This document shows, piece by piece, positions 55,901 to 64,000 of a stretch of DNA of 64,000 bases. Position 1 is the first letter of the stretch, and each line of letters begins with the position of its first letter. The DNA lies in contig JYFJ02001491.1 in the NCBI GenBank assembly GCA_000934665.2, positions 1-64,000 of the forward strand, in the 5' to 3' direction. The stretch comes from Catajapyx aquilonaris (taxonomy: Eukaryota). Below the pieces are notes generated by a model. It did not search any database, was not told the origin of the DNA, and saw nothing but the letters and a program-made list of their open reading frames with translations. The position numbers were made by a program, and so were the translations under genes.

Positions 55901-58900
55901 TCAATCTTTCCCGGAAATGTATGGCAACATAAAAACATGGCACTACAATTACAAGGAGAAACTATACTTCCTCTATTCTTTTCCTGCCCATGAAATTACA
56001 CAAATGGTAAGGCTTGCATGGAGATAAGTGCCGCTTCAAAAATTAGTACTACTAGTACTGTTGTTGTTAAATGATCAACAAATCACACACCTGCCGTTGA
56101 TAGATCTTCTCTTCCATGCTGCCTTGTGCCAAGAAACGGTAGACATAGGATGGCTTGGTTTGTCCAAAGCGATACACGCGAAAGATACTTTGTACATCAT
56201 GTGAAGGATTCCAGGAAGCATCAAATATGATCACACGATTAGCAGAGCACATGTTGATACCAAGCCCTCCGGCTTTTGTTGAAAAAAGGAAGAGGCGTCC
56301 TCTGTGATTCCCTGGTCGGTTAAACACATTGGTCCACTTCTTCCGCTGCTCCGGTGGGGTACTGCCATCTATTCGGAAGTAGTCAATATCACGCACCCAC
56401 TTTGTTTCCTCAGCCTGGGACTTCTCAAGGCACACTTCAATCAAGTTTAGAGACAGAAGACTCTGACTGAACACCAAGAGCTTGTCACCAATTAGCTCGC
56501 ACTCTTTCAGAATGTCCATGAGTAGTGTGATTTTTCCACTCAGTTCTGGATTCTCCATGTCTTCCTCAGTCACGAACTCACTCCACCAATCCTCTACTGG
56601 TAACGCCACAATTTCCTCTTCCTGCACTTCCTCCTCTCCGTCCTCGTTTTTCTGATTTCTGAGGCCCTTCCTGCCACCCTTCCTCTCCTTTCCAGTGAAC
56701 TTCTCACCCCCACCAGAGTTGTCCGAGCACAAAACAACATCTGAGTTGCTGGAAGACTCTGCTGAGGTAGTGGAGTCATCGTTGATAAAATCATCCATCT
56801 CCGAGTCCGTTTCGTCCAGTTTCTACAAGACAAGGACTTGCGTTACTTTTGAAGAACATCAACATTCGGCTGACATATTGCATGAATGATGATGCAACAT
56901 CTCTCTATGACACCCTAAAAATAGTGTTGTCCGATTGACACTGCACCGGCTACACTCGGTGTAGGGAGGTGACGTCACAGTGCAGCGAGTGTGACCCAGC
57001 ACTGGGGCCTCGAATCGGACACCTCCAGTGCAACCCAAGATGGCCGACAGCAGGATTTCCACAGGATCGTGCACAGGATCGTGGGCACCTTGGCGGTTTG
57101 ACCTTTTTTAGCTCTTTATAACGACGAGCAATTAATACTTGCACGCTAGGGGACACGGTGGTCTAGTGGCCAGTCCAGGGGCTACTGGCCAGCCAAGCGT
57201 AAGGTCCCAGGTTCAAATCACCCTCCATCCGCCGCCATCTTGCCAGCCCGTCTTCGCGCCTTACACCGCCTGCCCCACCTTCTCCACTGGTGCAGCGAGT
57301 GCAGCCCCCCGCTTGCACTGGTGCAGTTACACTGGCGAATCGGACACGCTGCTCCCGGTGAATCGGACGCTTTTTCCTGCACGAGTGTACACTGGCTACA
57401 CCAGTGCAATCAATCGGACAACACTTATGAGTCTCCTTCAATTCTGTTATGGAGAGAGGAACTGTTTTGCCCATCATTTCTACCAGATCAGTAATTTCCA
57501 AAAACCTGTCCACTTGAATTTTACCAGTGTCCTATTCATGCAATGTAAACCAATAGTAGTTCTTCTGACACGAAATGACATTAAAATGGGATTAGGCATC
57601 TTGGAGTGAGGAAAATCTACATTTATCATGCCCAACAAAAACAAGTATGAACACACCTTGGCATCACTCCTGATCTTGCTCAGCCTGAGCACATAAGGAT
57701 GAGTCCATATTCTCTGCAGGTACTGGTAGTCAGCAAACAACCCAACTCTTCCACTTCCACTATTTGGACCACCTTGTGCCTTGTGTTCCAGGTAATGCCT
57801 GTACATATTAATCTGCGGCTGACTCATCTGGACTGATATGACATACTCGTACTTCTGGGGTAGGAATGGAATCAGGACACGATAGTCAAGCCTCTGCACT
57901 GACGCATCTAGCAGCTTGTGAAGGACATGGGCTCTTGTCTTCATTTTCTTCACATCACGGATGGTTGAATCTGCATGTTGGCCATTGCTGATGGGGTTTA
58001 CAAAGCGGTTGTTGAATTCCTGACGGGTTCCCAGAAGGCTGGGCTTTACAAAGTCAACCATGCAGTGATCTGAAAAAATAAAACTTCAAATGTTGAGTGT
58101 ATAATCACCATAAAATTCATCTCCTTACTTGAGTAATGGCACATAGCAAGTGTGAAATCTGTATAGTATAGCAAAATCACTATGTTCAATAAAAATCTTC
58201 CCTTGGGAAACCTGCAAGAACTAATAAGGGCCCATGCATACCTCAGATGAAGTCAGCACTATTAGAATAAACTCACATTCATTTAGGTTGTTTTGGAGTG
58301 GCGTCCCGGTGAGGACAACCCTCTTCAATGTCTTGATTTTGCTTATCACCTTGGAAAGAGCTGTGGACTGGTTCTTCAGCACATGGCCCTCATCACAGAC
58401 AATCATGTCTGGGCCTGGGTCCAACAGGTACCTTTCAAATCTCTGCCTAAGATTCGCCTTCACTCCTTTCCGAGCACCAGCCAAAGTTCGAAAGAGGTCA
58501 TAACCCATTATCATCACTCCACCTCTTCTGTGCCACTGTCCCAGAACATCTGCTCGGAGTGCATTGGTCTTGAACCTGGTGAGTTCTTGTACGTCTACTT
58601 CGTCGTCAATACCCGCCAGCCAGTTTTCGAACTCAGACACCCAGTTGAGGACAGTGTTAATGGGACAAACAACCAGCACAGTCTTGACGTTGAGATCCTC
58701 GTGTGTGAGAACAGTGTGGACCAAGGCTATCACCTGCAGCGTCTTGCCCAAGCCCATGCAGTGTGCTAATATGCATCCTGAGCCAGGATGTTGTTCCTTT
58801 ACCCGCTCCACTGATTCAAACAGAGCATCCCACATGAACTTGATGCCCTTCACTTGGTGGGGCTTCAGCTTCTTCACCAAACTTGGCTCGACACTCACAA

Positions 58901-61900
58901 TCGGCTCCTTTGTTTCTGTATCAAAGTCTAGTACAAATTCTTCCAAGGGCTTGCTTTCATCGGTGGCTGTTTGGAAGATTTTGTTGTACTAATGAGAGAA
59001 AAAAGGAGCAGTTATTATACATATATGCCGTGAGTATAACTGTTATACAGGTGTCATATATCCATACATCATCTATCTTCATCCGTGTATATGTTTTAAA
59101 ATAATTTCAACAAAATAACATACCAAATGTTGACAATGGCTATCTCAACTTTTCAACCGCTCTTAGTAAAGTCTCCACAATTATAAAACGTATTCCAGCT
59201 CAAAAATATTTTCTGGGACTTAACGATTTGTAGCATAAAACTGCAAAATAATCTCACCTCTTTCTGCCGATCCTCAATCCTTTTTCGTCGATCCTCCTCC
59301 TCTTTGGCTGCTGAACGAGTTTGTGACTTAAGAGCTGTGTCTTTTATAATTTTTTTGATGTTCTTCCTCCCTTTTCCTGGAGACTGAGATTTGAAAACTG
59401 TAAGCATCAGCTTTGCAGCCGTGTAAACCACAGTTATTATACCTTTGAGGAGTCCACAATTTGGACATCACTTGAGTTGGGACTGGAGTCACCACTGCTG
59501 GCCACCCTTATTCTCCGCCGACGTTTATTTCTGCAATGAAATTCAGGCATTAAAGCAAGGCTTAACTGCGGATGTGTAACATGCCATACTTGGAACTTTT
59601 CCCAATGTCTTCTGAACTGCTCGATGCTTTCTTTTTATCGGAATCGGAGCTGCTTGAGCTTGGACTGGTAATTGCCTTCACACTCGAGTCTGATGAAGCA
59701 ATGCGAATGCGTTTCTTGCGTGGCCTGCAAGGCAAATGCATGATTGAGATAATCAAGTGCTGCTGTCCCTGACAGTTTGGTATCTGAGTACGCATGATTT
59801 AACCTCTGGTGCCGCACAGCAGCCTCTTTTCTATGAAATTCCATAATAATAAACAGCTCAACTCACGATACTGAAGGCTTAGCATCATCACTATCGCTGG
59901 AACCCAATTTGACAGGCTGTCTGCGACTCATGGCTTTCTGTACCCTACTTTCTTCTTCACTGCTGTCGGTCTCACTCAGTTTTTCCTTGAGGAGCTTGTG
60001 CGTCTTAACGCGTGTCTGCATTCTGGGTTCCTGCAAGATTTACAATACAGCATTACCATGCCACTGCATTCAGTTGCAAAATATTACTTCATCGAATTCT
60101 TCGTCAGATTTCTTCTTCTCCTCTTCTTCCTCCACCTTACGCTTCTTTGCCTTTGGTTCCTCTGAGGTCTTCCTTGACCTCCTTTTACCAGTCACTTTGA
60201 CGCTGCCCTCAGAATCTGTAAACATGACAGAAGTCATTTAGGCCAGTTCGAATATAAAATGTGTGCAGGTGATGAGATTATCCTTGAAATTATCCTTGCA
60301 GAATTTCAAACAGTGACGGTAAGTTTACAATCATGCCACAGTGTACGATTGTGCAAGCTAGGCAGGTCAGCCTAACGGTTTAAAATCGGCCAAACTGCAA
60401 TGGCAGATTAAATTATGGTATTGAGAAAAAGTGTAAATAATTATGTGACTAATGGAGTACGTTGCTAAAATCAGCCACTGCCGCAGTGAAACCAAAGAGT
60501 AACAATAAAATAAAAATAAGGAATATTCTTATTTTACTGTTACTCTTTTTAGCAACGTACTCATGGTATGACAACTTTGTTGGCAAGAACTTTGAATTTG
60601 ACACTAAATAGCAAAGCAGTCAGCAAAGCTACTCATGCAGCTCGATAAATTCACGTCAGCGTGACACACAAAGCCATGATAATTACCCACATGTCATTAT
60701 TATTGAATGCACCTAGTGCAGTATTTGCACTAGTAAAATCAGCCTGCCTTATTATATCAAATGACATTCTAAGGATTGTGGTGAAGAACTTGTTTAAAAA
60801 TTTGTGAAATTAAGCTCACAAAATACCAAATTTACAGTAAAAGTGTATCCTTGCTTCCTGCCACAGCCACGCCCTTGTAGGCTTCAACAAGAAGTTTAAA
60901 ACATGGTGAAGAGCCAGCTGTGCAGGTGAACAGGTCAGTGTTGTGTAACAATTATTTCATTCATGAAACACACATGCACTGAAATTACACAACGTCCAGC
61001 TGTTGCCAGTAACTGCCATAAATGAAACGTTCATAATGCAATAATATGCTATAAAGCTTTTAATATATTTGCTTTATTTTTACAGGTATTTATAAGCAAG
61101 CAAGATGTGGTCATAAAAAGTAGCTCACCAACGACTGGCACTAAAGGTATGCATAAGAGACAAAGCAATAGTTTGGTCTTGGCAAAGATATGCAATGTAA
61201 TTTGTCACACTCAATGGAAACCTTTTCAGCAACAAAATTTTTTCACTGATTCGGTTGCAGACACAATGGAAAATGGCTTACCAGAATTCGATGAAGCCAG
61301 CAAATTTTCTTTGGCTACTTGATTGGGATCCTCCGATGCGCCTTTAATTTTCAGTTGTTCATTATTCTTCACTTCAGCTTCATCTACAATGACATAAATT
61401 GTTACTCATACTGTATCAGTTTAGGCAAGTCACATTCATGGAATACCACCAAATACTTATTGGTTGATTTTTTTAAAAATTATCACAGTTCTCCCTAACA
61501 TCTTTTTCAAAAATCTGGTACCTCACTTGGCACCCGAATTGCACCAACTGCTATTGCACATATTAAATGTCATATGATACATGATAATCAAATACCTTAT
61601 TCGAGCTCTCTAACTGGTACCAATACATCTTGATGTCAATGCACGAGTAAAAAAAATATAAACTGCATAAGCTTAAAATAAACAAATATTTACAAAATTC
61701 AGTGGAAAGGACAAGTTTGCATTATTCTTACGATATGTTGGTGGACAAAATAATGGCCTTGTCCTCCTACGAAAAACGAGAAATCGGTGGGCAGGACAAA
61801 CAGCAAGAAATACCCTCATCCTCCCAGTGTGAGTCCACCTCTTGTGCAAGGACAAATCCATTGTTACTTCCAACAATGCCATTCAAAATATTTCTAAACA

Positions 61901-64000
61901 AAAATATGTCTTGCCACCCTGGAATTATTGAATGTAATCCAGGGCAGTAACAAGAAACAACTTCCTTTGCCTAGTGGTTTTGAAGTCAGAAGGAATCTCA
62001 TTGTTGCTTAATGACCTCTGAGTAACCCTTTTTGGACTGTCGTGTGTCTCATAATTGCTACCTGCCCATGACCTTGAAGATAAAGGGTGAGGAAAGGGGC
62101 CTATTTTTGGTTGGGAAACTCGAAATCTGACTCATGTGATTCGTAGGTGCCTGGTAGGTGCCTTTTAGGGCCGATTTCTCGAACAGTGGTTCAAGTCAGT
62201 TTGAACTGGGTTTGCGTCTACACGCTGGATGGAGTTTAAACTCCCCTTCCGAGTGTGTGTATTTCTCGAGCGTAAACATACCCTCGGTTACTATGTGAAC
62301 GACAAGACTCGGTTAGAATTACGCCGTTGCCACATGTCGCGTCGTCCCCATTTTCCCGACCCGGTCAGAGCTTCAGCGCGAGTCTTTACCGGCTTGTAAA
62401 CAAACTCTAGTCAGCAAGTCTCGAAGGCGGAGTGAGGGACATCGCATTTGAAAGTGACATTTTTTGACTAGTTGCCGACGTTACGCCGTAAAATGATTTT
62501 TTATGGCACTTTTTGGAGGCCAAAAAATTCACGCTGTGGACCCTGGATAGTGCAAATCTTTGTCTTTCTAATGATATTTTTGAAACTCGGAAATCGCCAT
62601 TTGCGTAATCATAATTACGTTAATTGCACACCTCTGTTATCTCGGCCGTTTATATTCCGAATTACTTCGCGAATGTACCGACGGAAAGCCAGAAATGTGC
62701 GCGATAAAATTACATAGTGCTACACTAAGAATTTTAAACGTATTTAAAAGTATCGCCGTCTATTCCCGCCAGAAATCGGGCTGAGTACTTGTCTATTAAA
62801 CTTACTAAAACAATACTTTTGAAAATTTTAGTGTAATAGAGCACAATGTAATTTTATCACGCACATTTCTGGCTTGCCGTCGAAACATTCGCGAAGTAAT
62901 TCGGACGAGAAACGGCCGAGATAACTGAGGTGTGCAATTAACGTAATTATGATTACACATAGTTGCGATTTCTAAGTTTCAAGCATATCATTAGAAAGAC
63001 AAAGATTTGCACTATCTGTGGTTCACAGGGGGAATTTTTTGGCCTCCGAAAAGTGCCATAAAAAATCATTTTGCGGTGCAACGTCGGCAACTAGTCAAAA
63101 AATGACACCTTTCATTGTTGTTCCCGGCATTCCAAACCCAGTTTATTTCAGATAACGGCCGGCAATCGGGCCGTCAGATGTGAACCGAGTTTAAACCGTA
63201 TCCATGGTTTGTTTTTGCCTCGAGAAATGGAAATTTCTCTGAACTGGGTTCAAACCGGACTTGAACCTTGTTTACATTTGAACCATTGTTCGAGAAATCG
63301 GCCCTTAGTTCATCAGTCCAGTTTTAAAATGTCGGGGAAGAGGAAGGGGTTGACACAGGTTCAGCATATTGCCCGAGTCTGGGCTGAAGGCCCAATGGAG
63401 CAGGCGAAATTATGATTTTGCACCCTATTGAGATAAGGTGCTTATTTTTGCTCCCCCCATTATCCTCTCTTTCTTGAGGGCAAAAAAAAATAAATAGTAA
63501 CGTCCTTGATCTGGTTATAGCTGAAACCTGTCCATTACGGAAAAATTTTGGGGTCCCATGCGATTCCGCTATACACAGGTTTCACTGTATTATAATTATG
63601 CATAGCCTTACATGACTCAAAAACTTATGTGCAACAGTATTTGTGCAATTCTGGTGCCAATTAAAGTAGCTACATTTCTGAAATGAACAGTTCACTCACA
63701 TGCAGTACTTTGCAGCAAAATTGTAAATAGGATTTAAAAGCTCTTGTACAAACCTGATTCCTCCAAGTCTGAGCTGCTGTTAAAATAGATCTTACTCTTC
63801 CTTTTCTTATTGGTCGCATTACCATCCTTCTTAGACTTGGATTTCTTTTCTTTCTTCTTCTGTTTTATTGATTTCAGATTTTCCAGCCTGCTGATTTCTG
63901 TATCTGTATCAGCACCAGAGGTGTTGCCAACTTTTGTTCTCTGTTGCTTAGCAGGAGTTGCATCAAATAGTTTTACATAGCCATCCACTTCCAGCTGCTC
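52988..64000 (-). CDS. ATRX: ATRX / XNP SNF2-family chromatin remodeller, 3' part (5' exons lie beyond the window)
   Basis: Exons >64000-63754, 61383-61282, 60215-60088, 60030-59867, 59724-59590, 59530-59443, 59383-59258, 58988-58277, 58069-57657, 56822-56091, 55650-55338, 54922-54852, 54691-54608, 53566-52988. Contains the ATRX-specific SPGKGRKNIKKII..KEEEDRRKRI. Helicase motifs: GCILAHCMGLGKTLQ, CDEGH, LTGTPLQNN, ASWNPSHDVQSIFRVYRFGQ. The last three exons and the low-complexity 5' exons are less certain. Confidence 0.95.
53482..53572 (-). repeat. 18-bp coding tandem repeat (TQGMMQ)n at the start of the ATRX last exon
   Basis: ACCCAGGGGATGATGCAG occurs about 5 times. Confidence 0.9.
56911..57425. 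mobile_element. Non-autonomous TIR element with subterminal repeats and an internal tRNA-like segment (ATRX intron)
   Basis: Perfect 16-bp IR AGTGTTGTCCGATTGA (56923-56938 vs 57410-57425). AATCGGAC is repeated near 57012, 57338, 57361 and 57412. An A box TGGTCTAGTGG and a B box GGTTCAAATC lie at 57149-57220. Confidence 0.65.
62168..63304. mobile_element. 1137-bp non-autonomous PIF/Harbinger-like element, TTA TSD, with a long internal foldback
   Basis: TTA|GGGCCGATTTCTCGAACA(G/A)TGGTTCAA ... TTGAACCATTGTTCGAGAAATCGGCCC|TTA. Internal inverted arms at about 62449-62736 vs 62823-63114. Confidence 0.88.
63516..63589. mobile_element. Very short Tc1/mariner-type MITE remnant
   Basis: TGAAACCTGT ... 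ACAGGTTTCACTG|TA inverted ends. Confidence 0.4.

Noticed and set aside
61960..62065. Possible extra ATRX exon with a GC donor
   Set aside because: Its donor phase does not fit the next exon, and the flanking exons already join in frame.

Overview
Gene-dense eukaryotic DNA from an arthropod, probably a pancrustacean (gustatory receptor, Tequila-like protease, egghead, group-7-allergen-like gene; most introns 50-65 nt). The species cannot be determined. Seven spliced protein-coding genes were modelled by hand: a Grp7-allergen/TULIP-like secreted protein (+), a gustatory receptor (+), CKAP5/XMAP215/msps (-), PFAS (+, head-to-head with CKAP5), egghead (-), a Tequila/GRAAL-like multidomain serine protease (-) and the 3' part of ATRX (-). 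There is also one tRNA-Trp(CCA), a tRNA-derived SINE with a 20-bp TSD, and about ten MITE/foldback elements. Two observations stand out. (1) A decayed gene at 48.7-49.9 kb joins an XRCC1-type BRCT1 domain to a diverged copy of the ATRX terminal exon lying 4 kb away. (2) GC-AG introns are unusually common (5 firm plus 1 tentative of about 74 modelled). No complete novel biological system is evident. All family calls rest on motif recognition from memory, not on database searches.
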